Shown here piece after piece: positions 32,414-43,452 of a stretch of DNA of 64,000 nucleotides. Numbering within the stretch: the stretch's first letter is position 1; each line of letters begins with the position of its first letter. The DNA is taken from assembly GCA_963795855.1 (NCBI GenBank), contig CAWCIZ010000002.1, positions 448,001 to 512,000 of the forward strand. Direction: 5' to 3'. A model generated the notes under the pieces. The model did not search any database. It was not told the origin of the DNA and was given only the letters and a program-made list of their open reading frames with translations. A program made the translations under genes and the position numbers. This DNA is from Vulcanimicrobiota bacterium. Its GTDB lineage: Bacteria; Vulcanimicrobiota; Vulcanimicrobiia; Vulcanimicrobiales; Vulcanimicrobiaceae.

Positions 32414-33112
32414 GCAACACGCGTAAAGAGTTTTTGCTTACGTCTTCGCTTTTCACGCTGGCTCCGGCCATTGCCGGCGCCGAAACGCCCGCGCCGTCGT
32501 CCCGTCATCCCGCGCTCGACTTCGCGTTCGACAGCGCGCGCTTCGACGCAGTGCTCGCAAAACCGGCGAAGCATAAGCAGTGCTTCGGGGCGGTGAAGAC
32601 TCGCCGGAGGCGACGTGCTGGGCAGCATGACCAATTCCATCGATGCCTACGACTCGTTTTTGAACGAAGGTCCCGGCGCGCTGCAAGCGGTGGCCGTGCT
32701 GTATCATGGTCCCGCGATTTTCATGGCGCTCAGCGACGCGGTTTGGAACCGGCTGATCGCGCCGTTCTTCGCGTCGCACGCTTTTCAGAAAGACGCGCCC
32801 GCAGACATGCGGCATGACGCGGGCCATCCCGTCGCCGGCAGAGGCAATCCCTATCTCCACTCGACGACCAACGATCCGGACGACGTGAGCGTAGAGCGGC
32901 TCGTCGGAAAAGGCGCGTCGTTTTTCGTCTGTCACAACGCGCTCGAAGGGTTCGGCCGCTACATTGCGCAGACGTTGAAACGCGACGTGCGAGAGGTACG
33001 CCGAAGCCTCATTTCGGGAGTCGTGCCGGGTGCGCTCGTCGTTCCCGCCGGCGTGATGGCCATCAACGCCTGCCAGGAAGCGAAGTTCACCTACATCCAG
33101 GCGAGCCTATAG
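32410..33112 (+). CDS. Exported DsrE-like protein with Tat-like leader (frameshift near 32599)
   Basis: TRKEFL leader, [33 protein letters not shown]. Confidence 0.65.
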
Positions 33113-33155
33113 CGGCGAGAGGCGCGGGCTAACGGTGCGGGGTATCTAAACGGCC

Positions 33156-33941
33156 GTGAAGCTCTTGGAGGGAAAGAAAGCGCTCGTCACGGGCGTCGCA
33201 AACCAGTGGTCGATCGCGACGGGAATCGCGCGGCAGATGTACGATCACGGGGCGCAACTGGCGTTCACCTATCAGGGCGAGCGCGTGAAAGAGCAAGTCG
33301 AAAAGATCGCGGCGGAGTTCGGCGGCGGTCCCGTCGTCGAATGCGACGTGTCGTCCGACGAGTCGCTCGCGCGCATGGCCTCATCGCTCGACGCATTCGG
33401 GAAACTCGACACGCTGGTGCACTCCATCGCGTTCGTCAAAAAAGAAGACCTCAGCGGCACCGTCTACAACACGTCGCGCGACGGTTTTTCGATGGCGCTG
33501 GACGTGTCGGCTTATTCGCTGATCGCGCTGGTCAACGCGCTGCACGATCGCATGAACGACGGCGGCTCGATCATGGCGCTCACGTATCTCGGATCGACGG
33601 CAATCGTTCCGAACTACAATATCGCGGGCATATCGAAGGCGGCGCTGGAGTCGATCGTGCGCTATCTGGCATTCGATCTCGGCGCGCGCGGCATTCGCGT
33701 AAACGGCATTTCGGCAGGGCCGATCAAGACCGCGAGTTCGCGTCAGGTCGGCGGGTTTTCGCGCATCCTGGACGTCGTGCCGAAAGTCGCGCCGCTCAAA
33801 CGCAACGTCACCCAAGACGACGTGGGTAACACCGCTGTGTATCTCGCCTCCGATCTCTCCGCGTCGATTACCGCGGACGTCCACTTCGTCGACGCGGGCT
33901 ATCACGCAATGGGGATGTATCCGCCGACGATGACTCCGTAA
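33156..33941 (+). CDS. fabI: Enoyl-ACP reductase FabI
   Basis: GVANQWSIATGIA, VHSIAF, DVSAYSL, YN..GISKAALES, ISAGPIKT. Confidence 0.95.
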   Translation: MKLLEGKKALVTGVANQWSIATGIARQMYDHGAQLAFTYQGERVKEQVEKIAAEFGGGPVVECDVSSDESLARMASSLDAFGKLDTLVHSIAFVKKEDLSGTVYNTSRDGFSMALDVSAYSLIALVNALHDRMNDGGSIMALTYLGSTAIVPNYNIAGISKAALESIVRYLAFDLGARGIRVNGISAGPIKTASSRQVGGFSRILDVVPKVAPLKRNVTQDDVGNTAVYLASDLSASITADVHFVDAGYHAMGMYPPTMTP

Positions 33942-34078
33942 TGGAACCGGACGAACTGGCCGCGGTTATTGCGGCGCTCGAAGCGCTTCGCCGCGAAAAT
34001 GCGCCGGAGCAGCCGGTGCGGCAGTCCGCCTGGAAACTCGCAGCTCGGCGCGAAGCCGTATCCGATGACGTTCTCTAA
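33941..34078 (+). CDS. Acyl-CoA carboxylase epsilon subunit-like protein (45 aa; not in the ORF track)
   Basis: MEPDELAAVIAALEALRRENAPEQPVRQSAWKLAARREAVSDDVL; TAATG overlap with fabI; overlaps the start of the next gene. Confidence 0.75.
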   Translation: MEPDELAAVIAALEALRRENAPEQPVRQSAWKLAARREAVSDDVL

Positions 34079-35826
34079 GGTCCTGATCGCGAACCGCGGC
34101 GAAATTGCGATGCGGATCATTCGCACTGCGCGTGAGATGGGGATTGCGACGGTCGCGGTCTATTCCGAAATCGACCGCGACGCGCTGCACGTGCGCATGG
34201 CGGACGAAGCATTTTTGCTCGGTCCCGCCTCACCGTCGCAGAGCTATCTCAACATCGAGAAACTGCTCGACGCCGCCAGGCGTTCCGGCGCGCAAGGTAT
34301 CCATCCCGGCTATGGATTTCTGGCCGAGAGTGCGCCCTTCGCGCGAGCCGTCATCGACGCCGGATTCGTTTGGATCGGGCCGCATCCGGACGCAATCGAT
34401 GCGATGGGCGACAAGGTACGCGCGCGGATCGCGATGATCGAAGCCGGCGTTCCCGTCGTGCCCGGCGGTACGGAAGCAATCGAGGACGAGCGGGCAGCGC
34501 GCGACGCAGCGAAAAAGTACGGCTTGCCGCTCGCACTCAAAGCATCGGGCGGAGGCGGCGGAAAAGGTTTGAAGGTCGCGCGCACGCTGGAGGAATTGCC
34601 GTCTGCGCTTGCGACCGCGCAGCGCGAAGCGGTGGCCTATTTCAGGAACGGCACGATCTACGCCGAGCGCTATCTCGACAACCCGAAACACGTGGAACTG
34701 CAGATTCTCGCCGACAAGCACGGCACCGTTCTGCACGTGGGCGAACGCGACTGCTCCCTTCAGCGCCGTCATCAAAAGCTTTGGGAAGAAGCGCCGGCTA
34801 CGATCTCCGATGCCGTGCGGCAAGGCATGCGCGAGGCCGGAATCCGCGCAGCCAAGGCGATCGGATACGACAGCGTCGGAACGATAGAGTGCCTCGTGAG
34901 CGGGGACGAGTTCTACTTTCTCGAGATGAACACGCGCATTCAGGTCGAGCACACTGTGAGCGAAATGATCGCCGGTTTGGATTTGATTCGCGAACAGATT
35001 CGCGTCGCGGCCGGCGAGAAGCTCGGCTACGATCAATCCGCGATCGTTTTTCGCGGGCACGCCATCGAAGGACGAGTCAACGCCGAGGATCCGTCTCAAA
35101 ACTTCCGCCCTGCACCCGGAACGGTAACCGCGTATCGCGAGCCGGCCGGCCCCGGCGTGCGAATCGACTCCGCGGCTTTCCCCGGTTTTACGATTACGCC
35201 GGACTACGATTCGATGATCGCCAAACTCGTCGTGTGGGCGCCGACGCGCGAACAAGCCATTGCGCGGCTGCGGCGCGCGATCGACGAATACGAGATCGGC
35301 GGCGTGCCGACGACGCTTCCGCTGCTGCGCGCGCTTTGCGATCATGGCCCGGTTGCAGATGCGAGTTACGGAACGGCCACACTCGAAGCGTTCGCCGCGG
35401 AGCTCGTATGCGGCAAACGGCGCATCGCACGCGAGTTCGGGAGCGGCGGCCGAATCTTCGGCTGCGGACCATGGCGATTTCAACGCGCCGCCGATTCGCG
35501 TCGAGGTGAACGGCAAACTTTATCGCGTGCGCGTTCTCGATCTGCCCGTGCGTCAGGCATTGCCGAAAGCAGCACCACGCACTGCGCGCAAGAACCGCGG
35601 CGTCGCGGCGAGCGGCAACGACGTCACTTCACCGATGCACGGCGTCGTCGTCGAAATCGTGGTCAAACAGGGCGACGCCGTCGAGCAGGGACAAGTCGTG
35701 GCGGTCATCGAGGCGATGAAAATGATGAACGAAATTCGCGCGGCAAAATCGGGAACCGCCGCGAAAATTCACGTCGGCGCCGGCGACACGGTCGAAGCGC
35801 AGTCGCCGCTCGTCACGCTTGCGTGA
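34065..35826 (+). CDS. Biotin carboxylase-BCCP fusion (acyl-CoA carboxylase alpha subunit; frameshift near 35401)
   Basis: KVLIANRGEIA, HPGYGFLAE, ERDCSLQRRHQK, EMNTRIQVEH; biotinyl motif EAMKM in a second frame. Confidence 0.93.
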
Positions 35827-35839
35827 GCGCCCGTCCGAT

Positions 35840-36301
35840 CTAGATTTCGATCCGCACGTTTTCGAACGAGACGTGCGCGTCGCCCACGAAACGCTTGCCG
35901 AGTTCCTTGTCCGTGCGGTTGAACGTCGCGGGATGCACGTGCACCTGCAGCAGATACGCGCCGCTCTCCGGCACGCAAACGTTTGCCCCGTAATGGTTTT
36001 GCTCGGGATCCCACACGAACGGCAAATGCGAGGACGCCGCTTGCCCGCCGCGGCCGTCGAGCAGGGTCGCGACCACGTTTAATCCGGGAAGGAACCGGCC
36101 ATCGAGCACGTCCTTGACGATCACGTCCACATGCACGTTCTGCTGCTGCGGCTCTTGCCATTCGAGCTTGCCGGCGCTGAATTCGTACAGGCCCTTCGCC
36201 GGTCCGATGCGGTAGGAGATCGCGTAGTCTCCCGCGGTCTTCTTCTCTGTGCCGTCGGGCGCGTTTTCGCCCGGTTTGACGACCAACTCCGTGTTTCGCA
36301 T
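35840..36301 (-). CDS. P19/Tp34-like iron-transport-family protein, no signal peptide
   Basis: [36 protein letters not shown] pattern. Confidence 0.6.
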   Translation of the reverse strand: MRNTELVVKPGENAPDGTEKKTAGDYAISYRIGPAKGLYEFSAGKLEWQEPQQQNVHVDVIVKDVLDGRFLPGLNVVATLLDGRGGQAASSHLPFVWDPEQNHYGANVCVPESGAYLLQVHVHPATFNRTDKELGKRFVGDAHVSFENVRIEI

Positions 36302-36371
36302 GAGAACAGCCTTCCCACTTCGCGCTGCGCTGCCACGGATGACCGGGCGGCTGCGTCGAAGAACCGGCCGA

Positions 36372-37950
36372 ATGCCTCGCAGTGAAAACGCGAGCGGGAT
36401 TCCGCTCGAACCCGTCTACGACCGCGCAGCCGGCCCGCCCCACGAACCGGGTGAACCCGGCAGGTTTCCCTTCGTGCGCGGCGTGCGTAAGGATATGTAC
36501 CGCGGGCGGTTGTGGACGATGCGCCAATATGCGGGTTTTGCGACGGCGGCGGAATCGAACGCCCGTTACCGCTATCTGCTGGAGCGCGGCACGACAGGGT
36601 TATCCGTCGCGTTCGACCTGCCGACGCAGCTCGGTTACGATTCGGATGCGCCGCAGTCGCGCGGAGAGGTCGGGAAAGTCGGCGTAGCCATCGACAGCGT
36701 TGCCGATATGGAAACGCTGTTCGACGCGATTCCGCTCGAGCGCGTGACCGTGTCGATGACGATCAACGCGCCCGCGTCGATTATCTTGTCGATGCTGCTC
36801 GCCGTCGCGCGCCGGCGCGGCATCGCGTTCGACAAACTCGGCGGGACCATCCAAAACGACGTCCTCAAAGAATACGTCGCCCGCGGGACGTACATTTATC
36901 CGCCGAAACCTTCCATGCGGCTCGTTACCGACGTCATGTCGTACTGCGCTCGAGAGCTTGCCGCAGTGGAACACGATCTCGATTTCCGGCTATCACATTC
37001 GCGAAGCCGGATCCACGGCGCTCGAAGAGATCGCGTTCACGCTTTCGAACGGCAAGGCGTACTTGCGCGCCGCGCGCGACGCGGGAATCGATTTGGACGA
37101 CATCGCGCCGCGCTTATCGTTCTTTTGGAACGCGCACAACGATCTCTTCGAAGAGGTGGCGAAATTCCGGGCCGCGCGCTATTTGTGGGCACACATCACG
37201 CGCGATGAATTCGGCTGCAAAAACCCGCGTTCGCAGATGCTGCGGTTCCACACGCAAACCGCGGGTTCGACCCTCACCGCGCAAGAGCCGGAGAATAACG
37301 TCATCCGGGTCACGCTGCAAGCGCTCGCGGCGGTGCTGGGCGGCACCCAGTCGCTGCATACGAACGGCAAGGACGAAGCGTTGGCGCTGCCGACCGCGCA
37401 AGCGGCGAAGATCGCGCTGCGCACGCAGCAAATCATCGGCTACGAAAGCGGCGTCACCGATGTCGTCGATCCGCTGGCGGGCTCGTTTTACGTCGAAACG
37501 CTGACGAACGCACTGATCGAACGCTCGCGGGCGCTGATTCGCGAAGTCGACGACCTCGGCGGCAGCGTTGCCGCAATCGAGAGCGGATGGATGCAAACGC
37601 GCATCGCCGAGTCCGCGTATCGAGCGCAGCAGGCGGTGGAGAGTGGCGAGCAGGTCGTAGTCGGCGTGAACCGCTTCGCCGAGCCGGGCGAGCACGCGGC
37701 GATTCCCCTGCAGCGCGTCGACGACGCGGTCGAGCACCAGCAGCGCGCGCGGTTGAATGCGTTTCGGGCTGCGCGCGACGGTGCAGCGGTCGACGCTTGC
37801 CTCGAACGCGTGCGGCGCGCGGCGAACGGGAGCGAGAATCTCATGCCTCTTTTCATCGATGCGGTCGACGCCGGCGCGACCCTGGGTGAAGTTTGCGACG
37901 TCCTGCGCGAGGTCTTCGGCGTCTATCGTGCGCCGGAGGTCGTCGCGTAA
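36372..37950 (+). CDS. Methylmalonyl-CoA mutase, substrate-binding subunit (frameshift near 36958)
   Basis: [60 protein letters not shown]; no B12-binding domain. Confidence 0.93.
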
Positions 37951-38345
37951 TGCAGATCGACCACGTCGCCATCGTCGTGAAAGATCTGGAGCGAACGATA
38001 GATCTCTACGTCAACACGCTCGGTTTCGAACAAGTCTATCGCGAAACCGTTACCGATCAGGGCGTCGAAGCCGTCGGCCTGCGCGCAGGCGAATCGGTAA
38101 TCGAACTGCTGCGCCCGCTGGACGAGTCGTCGGCGATCGCGAAATACCGCGGCGAGGCGCCGACGAAGCTGCATCATACGGCATATCGCGTTGCCGATCT
38201 GGAAGGGGAATTACGCCGCTTGAGAGCGGCCGGCGTCCGGCTCATCGACGAACGCCCGCGCAAAGGGGCGCACGGAAACCTCATCGCGTTCTTACACCCA
38301 AAGAGCACGGCGGGCGTGCTCGTCGAGTTGTGCCAGCGTCAGTAA
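37950..38345 (+). CDS. mce: Methylmalonyl-CoA epimerase
   Basis: IDHVAIVV, QGV, IELL, LHHTAYRV, AFLHPK..GVLVEL; TAATG overlap. Confidence 0.93.
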   Translation: MQIDHVAIVVKDLERTIDLYVNTLGFEQVYRETVTDQGVEAVGLRAGESVIELLRPLDESSAIAKYRGEAPTKLHHTAYRVADLEGELRRLRAAGVRLIDERPRKGAHGNLIAFLHPKSTAGVLVELCQRQ

Positions 38346-38911
38346 GGAACGCCTTTTTTGCGCTGTTCCCGCAGCGCGTCCATGTACCAGTAGAATTCGT
38401 CGAAAAAGCGCTTCGAATGGGTGCGAAACTCCGGGTCCGCCGGCTCGCCCTCGTCGCTAAAAGCCGTTCCGACGTTCGGCACGGGGAGCGTCGATGGAAT
38501 CGAGGACATGCCGAGCTCTCCCAGCGTCATCCGCAACTGCATCGCGGCGCGAACGCCGCCGAAGCGGCCGCCGGAATACGAGACGATCGCCGACGGCCGC
38601 CAAAAATACTCCTCGAGAAAATAGTCGAGTATGTTCTTGAGCGCCGGCGGAATTCCATGATTGTACTCGCCGGTCACGATCGCGAAGCCGTCCGCAGCGC
38701 GATACAACTGCGCCAGTTCCTCGAGCGCTTCCGGCGCCTTGCCCGCGGGGTAATCCGAGTACTGCATTTCCAATAACGGAAGCCGGTGTTCCAGCGGATC
38801 GACGAGCGTCGAGCTGCACCCGAGCCGCGCAAGCTCTTTCTGCACGAAACGCGCGAGTTTGATCCCCTGCCGCTCGACGCGAACCGATCCGAAGATCACG
38901 GGCACGTTCAT
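38339..38911 (-). CDS. NADPH-dependent FMN reductase
   Basis: GSVR, VTGEYNHGIPPALKNILD, YSGGRFGGVRA. Confidence 0.92.
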   Translation of the reverse strand: MNVPVIFGSVRVERQGIKLARFVQKELARLGCSSTLVDPLEHRLPLLEMQYSDYPAGKAPEALEELAQLYRAADGFAIVTGEYNHGIPPALKNILDYFLEEYFWRPSAIVSYSGGRFGGVRAAMQLRMTLGELGMSSIPSTLPVPNVGTAFSDEGEPADPEFRTHSKRFFDEFYWYMDALREQRKKGVPY

Positions 38912-38949
38912 GAAGGCACCCTTCACCGTGGTTCGCGAAATTACCGTCC

Positions 38950-39858
38950 ATGGCTCGCAAGCGATCGCGCCGGCGCCGCGCTAATCCGGTGCCGCTCTTT
39001 CTTTTTGCTTTGGTTCTCGGCGCGATCGTCGCCTGGGCCGTCTATCCGCGTAAGCACCCCCGCCGTCACGAAACGCCGCACCACACCGTCGCGGTTGCAA
39101 CACCGGCGCCGCAAAACGCCGAAACGCCGGCGCCTTCGCCCTCGCCCTCGCTCGCCGCAGCTTCGCCCGCCGCCGCTTCACCCGCGGCCGCGTCGACGAG
39201 CCCGGTGCAGGTCGCGCTCATCATCGACGACTGCGGTCAGTGGTTGAGTACGGAGCAAGCCTTGATCGCGCTGCCGATTCCCATCACGATGTCGGTCCTT
39301 CCGCACGTGCGGTACACGGCGCGTATCGCGCAAGAAGCCGCAGATGCAGGCAAAGGCGTCATGCTGCATCTTCCGATGGAGCCGCTTTCGCACGCCTACC
39401 CCGGTCCGGGCGAAGTGAAGGACGCAATGACGGACGAGCAAGTCGCAAAGCAAACGGAGGACGACGTCGCGCAAGTGCCGCTCGCGAAGGGCGCGAACAA
39501 TCATGAGGGCAGCGCCGCGAGTTCGGACGAGCGCGTCATGAAAGACGTCGTCGCCGTATTCAAAGAACACGGCTTGTTCTTCGTCGATTCCCGCACGAGC
39601 GCAAAGAGCGTCGCGCAGCAAACCGCGCAAGACGCCGGCGTTCCGAACGCCAAACGAGACGTGTTCCTGGATGACCAAGCCGATGTTGCGTACACCGAAA
39701 CCATGCTCGAACGCGCCGTGGCCATAGCCAGACGCAACGGCTCCGCCATCGCCATCGGCCACCCAAAGCCAACGACGCTCGCGGCCATCCGGGACTTGTA
39801 TCCAAAGATGCAGGCGCAAGGCGTGCAGTTCGTCTTAGCGCAAACGCTGGTTCACTAA
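38950..39858 (+). CDS. Divergent polysaccharide deacetylase family protein
   Basis: ALIIDDCG, MLHLPMEP, NNHEGS, FVDSRT, RDVFLD, IAIGHP. Confidence 0.92.
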   Translation: MARKRSRRRRANPVPLFLFALVLGAIVAWAVYPRKHPRRHETPHHTVAVATPAPQNAETPAPSPSPSLAAASPAAASPAAASTSPVQVALIIDDCGQWLSTEQALIALPIPITMSVLPHVRYTARIAQEAADAGKGVMLHLPMEPLSHAYPGPGEVKDAMTDEQVAKQTEDDVAQVPLAKGANNHEGSAASSDERVMKDVVAVFKEHGLFFVDSRTSAKSVAQQTAQDAGVPNAKRDVFLDDQADVAYTETMLERAVAIARRNGSAIAIGHPKPTTLAAIRDLYPKMQAQGVQFVLAQTLVH

Positions 39859-39864
39859 AACGGC

Positions 39865-41385
39865 TTACAGGTTGGGTGCGAGCGCCGCATCGATTTCGGT
39901 CTCGAACGTCCTGTTCCAAGGCAGCGTGACGTTCATCGCCGCGATGTGATATCCCGGATCGAGCTGCTGAAGAATTGCCGCGCCGCGATTCCATAACGCC
40001 GCGCTGTTGAACTGCGCCACCGGCGCGGCTTGCTCCGGAAGCAGATACGTGTGATCCGCAATCCCCGCGGCGTCGAGCATACGATTGAGTTCCGGCCGGA
40101 CGTAGTCGTGGAACGCGTAGTCGTCGAGGATGCGGTTGAACGTAAACGTTTTGTGCGCGAGCGCGTCGTACGTTCCGGCACGTCTTCCGACGTTCGCCGC
40201 AACCGCCTCGGCAACCGCGGTGCCGACGGTGTTTGCGTTCGTATTCCAAGACGAGTACGCATCGAGTCCGGAGGCTATGCCCGTTGCGAGCAGTTCTTCG
40301 GCAAAATGCGCCTGAGGCGCAAACGTGTTTTCCAAAAACGTCAAATCGGCAAACGCCACGGAAACGCCGGACTGCTCGTCTGCGTGCATCGCCGAAAGAA
40401 GCGACGCGTCGTCCGCTGCGGTAGAATCCGGTACGCGAACGTACAACACGATGTCGGGGCGAGAGTCCACTCTTTGCGCGCCGCAAAGTTTGACGAGCGA
40501 ACCGATCGCGACGTCGATGGGCGCGTATTCGAGCGGGTCGTTGTACGTGCCGCCGCCCGGGCGGGAATACCGCACCTCTATGCGCGGCGCCCAGCCGATG
40601 TTTCGCGCGAGCGCTTGCGCGACCATGGCCATGCCGAGTTCGTCGGCGCCGGGTTCGATTGCGACGCGCTGCTCGAGGTTCTGCTGCTCCACCGAGGCGC
40701 GAAGCGCCGCGACGTCCTTCAAATGCAGCCCGACCGGACCTGCGTCGTCTTGCCCGAGCACGAGATCGTCGACGTCATTCTGCCCGGTCAAGCGGATTGC
40801 AAGCAGATCGACGGACAGATTGCGCGCTCGCGTTTGAAGATACGCATTCAGCGTGTCGTCGCCGATTAGCGCTCGCAAACGCGCTGCGCGCGCGGCCTCG
40901 CTCGCAAGCGGCGGATCGTGCAGATTCGCATACTGCTGCAAATAGTCCCAAGCGGGATACGCCGCAAAAAAGTTTTTTGCCGGACCGATTGCCGGAACGC
41001 CTGTCGGCGCGAGGCGCATAACGGTTCCGAACGCGCCGATCCAACCGTGCGGGTGCAGTCGCCGGAGCGTGCGCAACTCTTGCAATCGAAAGTACGCGTC
41101 CGCATACGAAACGCCCGGCACGCGTGAGGCGACGAGCCCCCCGTACGCCAGCATATCCGTAGATACGACGACGCTCGACGCGGGGCGTGCTTGCGCACCG
41201 TTGAGCCACGCGGCGATGGCGTCGGGGCGACCGAAGGTGAGATAGTTTCCCAGCAGCGCCCGCGGCGGTTCTGCGATCGTTACGCCCGCGATTCGGCCGA
41301 GCATCTGCGGAAGTTGCCGCGTGACCGGACGATCGTCCAAGGGCACGAATGCTATAAGGGCAAAAAAAAGCGCCGCGAGTTTCAC
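39865..41385 (-). CDS. DUF4127-family protein
   Basis: VPLDDRPV, STDMLAYGGLVASR, LGQDD, PGADE, YSSWNT..NTVG. Confidence 0.8.
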   Translation of the reverse strand: MKLAALFFALIAFVPLDDRPVTRQLPQMLGRIAGVTIAEPPRALLGNYLTFGRPDAIAAWLNGAQARPASSVVVSTDMLAYGGLVASRVPGVSYADAYFRLQELRTLRRLHPHGWIGAFGTVMRLAPTGVPAIGPAKNFFAAYPAWDYLQQYANLHDPPLASEAARAARLRALIGDDTLNAYLQTRARNLSVDLLAIRLTGQNDVDDLVLGQDDAGPVGLHLKDVAALRASVEQQNLEQRVAIEPGADELGMAMVAQALARNIGWAPRIEVRYSRPGGGTYNDPLEYAPIDVAIGSLVKLCGAQRVDSRPDIVLYVRVPDSTAADDASLLSAMHADEQSGVSVAFADLTFLENTFAPQAHFAEELLATGIASGLDAYSSWNTNANTVGTAVAEAVAANVGRRAGTYDALAHKTFTFNRILDDYAFHDYVRPELNRMLDAAGIADHTYLLPEQAAPVAQFNSAALWNRGAAILQQLDPGYHIAAMNVTLPWNRTFETEIDAALAPNL

Positions 41386-41407
41386 GTCTGCGGCGCTTTT
41401 CGCGTCT

Positions 41408-41575
41408 TTAAACCGTGGCGCCTCGTCCTGTGAGCAGGTTCACGAAGAGCAGCACCACCGCAACCGCAAAGAGTATCCAAATCCAGCCGGCCAAAAAGTG
41501 TAGAATCAGGCCTGCGATCCAGATCGCGAACAAAATCACGATGACGGTCCACAGGATTCCCGCGAGAGCAGCCAT
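41408..41575 (-). CDS. Small membrane protein (55 aa, Lmo0937/DUF5670-like)
   Basis: Strong SD AAAGGAGG; LWTVIVILFAIWIAG..GWIWIL..LLTGR. Confidence 0.75.
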   Translation of the reverse strand: MAALAGILWTVIVILFAIWIAGLILHFLAGWIWILFAVAVVLLFVNLLTGRGATV

Positions 41576-41659
41576 GGTTTCCTCCTTTCCCCATCGGGGC
41601 ATTCGAGCGCTTGACCTTGTGCCCGGTCCCAGCTGCTACTAACGTACCCAAACTCGCGG

Positions 41660-42550
41660 CTACTCCAAGGTGATGCGAAGCGAACCGCCGCGTGCTTGCA
41701 AAAGCGCGCGCGCCCCTTCCGCGTTCACGTTCTTGCGTGAAATCACGACGGCAACTTTGACGCTCCCGTGTGCCTGCTGCAAGAGATCGGCTGCGCGCGC
41801 CTCGTCGACGTCCGCGAGTTGCGTGACGAGCCGCAACGCGCGTTTACGCAGTTTCGCGTTGGTCGCGACGACGTCCACCATGAGATTGTCGTGTACTTTG
41901 CCCAAACGCACCATGACCGCCGTTGAAAGCGTGTTGAGCAAAATTTTTTGCGAGGTGCCGGCCTTGAGCCTGGTCGACCCGGTCAACGGCTCCGGACCCG
42001 TCGAGAGCACGATGCCGCTGTCGCACGCGCGCGGCAGCGGAGAGCCGGCGCTGTTTGCGACGCCGAACGTCCAGGCTCCGATTTCTCGCGCAGCACGCAT
42101 CGCGCCGAGCACGAACGGCGCTGCTCCACTCGCGCTCATGCCCACGACCGCATCGTTCGAAGCGACGTGATCGCGCATTTCGCGTTCGCCGGCAGCGGCA
42201 TCGTCTTCCGCACCTTCGACGGCTCGCGTAAGCGCGCCGATTCCGCCCGCGATATGCGCGCACACGAGCGACGGATCCGTGCCGAACGTGGGCGGCATTT
42301 CCGAAGCGTCGAGAAATCCGAGACGGCCGCTGGTGCCCGCGCCTACGTAATGCAGCCGGCCGCCCGCGCGAATGCGTGAACTGATTTCTTCAACCGCGCG
42401 CGCAAGCTCATCGCTCACCGCGCTCACTGCTTCCACCGCCGCGCGCTGCTCGGAGGCGAGAATGCGAACCAAATCGCGCGTTTCCATCTCGTCGAGGCCC
42501 GATGTGTTCGGATTGACCGCCTCGGTCTGCGGTAGCGGGGAATCGCTCAT
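41660..42550 (-). CDS. murQ: N-acetylmuramic acid 6-phosphate etherase
   Basis: TEAVNP, GAGTSGRLG..DASE.PPTFG, VEGAED, GPE..GSTRLKAGT, NLMVDV. Confidence 0.95.
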   Translation of the reverse strand: MSDSPLPQTEAVNPNTSGLDEMETRDLVRILASEQRAAVEAVSAVSDELARAVEEISSRIRAGGRLHYVGAGTSGRLGFLDASEMPPTFGTDPSLVCAHIAGGIGALTRAVEGAEDDAAAGEREMRDHVASNDAVVGMSASGAAPFVLGAMRAAREIGAWTFGVANSAGSPLPRACDSGIVLSTGPEPLTGSTRLKAGTSQKILLNTLSTAVMVRLGKVHDNLMVDVVATNAKLRKRALRLVTQLADVDEARAADLLQQAHGSVKVAVVISRKNVNAEGARALLQARGGSLRITLE

Positions 42551-43452
42551 GCGTCCAGCAGCCGCTGCGCTTGCGCGAGCGCTCCAACGCACGGTTCCGT
42601 CGCAAGTTTCACTACGGGCATGTTCGGATGTTCGTTCAGAAGGCGCGTCTCCAGCAGGTACGTCAGCAAATTATTCGATTGGAGCAGGCCTCCGGCAAGC
42701 ACGATCGGCACGGCGGCGCCGAGCAAATCCGCGCGCTTCACCACACTCTTGACGAGCTCGGCCAGCGCAAAAGCGGCACCCTGCACGATTTTTCCGGCGC
42801 TGCGTTCGCCGGCTTGCGCCGCATCGAGCACCACGCGCGCCGCCGCGGCCGCCGTACCAACGGGATGCTGCGACCGGTACACCGCTTGCAGCACCGCGTG
42901 TAAATCGCGCGCGTTCAGGTGCGCTTCGATCGCGCTTACGAGTTCGTCGCGCGGGGCGCGGCCGTCATACGCGCGCAGAACGTGGCCGATCGCCGCCGAG
43001 CCGATTGCAAAACCCGAACCGTCGTCGCCAAGCAGATAGCCGTAGCCGCCGCACCGGTATCCGTTCTCCCCATGCTGGGCGAACGCAATGGAGCCGGTTC
43101 CCGCGATGACGACCACACCATCGCCTTGCGGTACTGCCGCCCGAAGCGCAACGTAAGCATCGTCGCGAACCGCGATGCGGGCAGACGCGTACCGCGAACG
43201 CAGCGCGTTTTCGATCGCGCCACGAACCTCTTCGCGCGCCGCTCCCGCCGCGCCGACGAAGATCGCGTGCGGCATCGCGCCGTCCAACGAGCTTTCGACG
43301 GCGTCCGCGATAATCGCGGCGGCGCCTTCGGTTCCGCGTACCGACGCGTTCGCGCCTTCGCGCACTTCGATGCGGCCGGCTTCACCGTCCACGGCGTGCA
43401 CGACGGCGGTTTTCGTTCCGCCGGCGTCGACGCCGACTGCTATTGTCGGCAT
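42547..43452 (-). CDS. BadF/BadG/BcrA/BcrD-family sugar kinase (GlcNAc/MurNAc kinase-like)
   Basis: GVDAGGTKT, IAGTGS, GGYGYLLGDDGSG. Confidence 0.85.
   Translation of the reverse strand: MPTIAVGVDAGGTKTAVVHAVDGEAGRIEVREGANASVRGTEGAAAIIADAVESSLDGAMPHAIFVGAAGAAREEVRGAIENALRSRYASARIAVRDDAYVALRAAVPQGDGVVVIAGTGSIAFAQHGENGYRCGGYGYLLGDDGSGFAIGSAAIGHVLRAYDGRAPRDELVSAIEAHLNARDLHAVLQAVYRSQHPVGTAAAAARVVLDAAQAGERSAGKIVQGAAFALAELVKSVVKRADLLGAAVPIVLAGGLLQSNNLLTYLLETRLLNEHPNMPVVKLATEPCVGALAQAQRLLDA

Noticed and set aside
39150..39200. AAASP tandem repeat
   Set aside because: Low-complexity protein linker with synonymous variation
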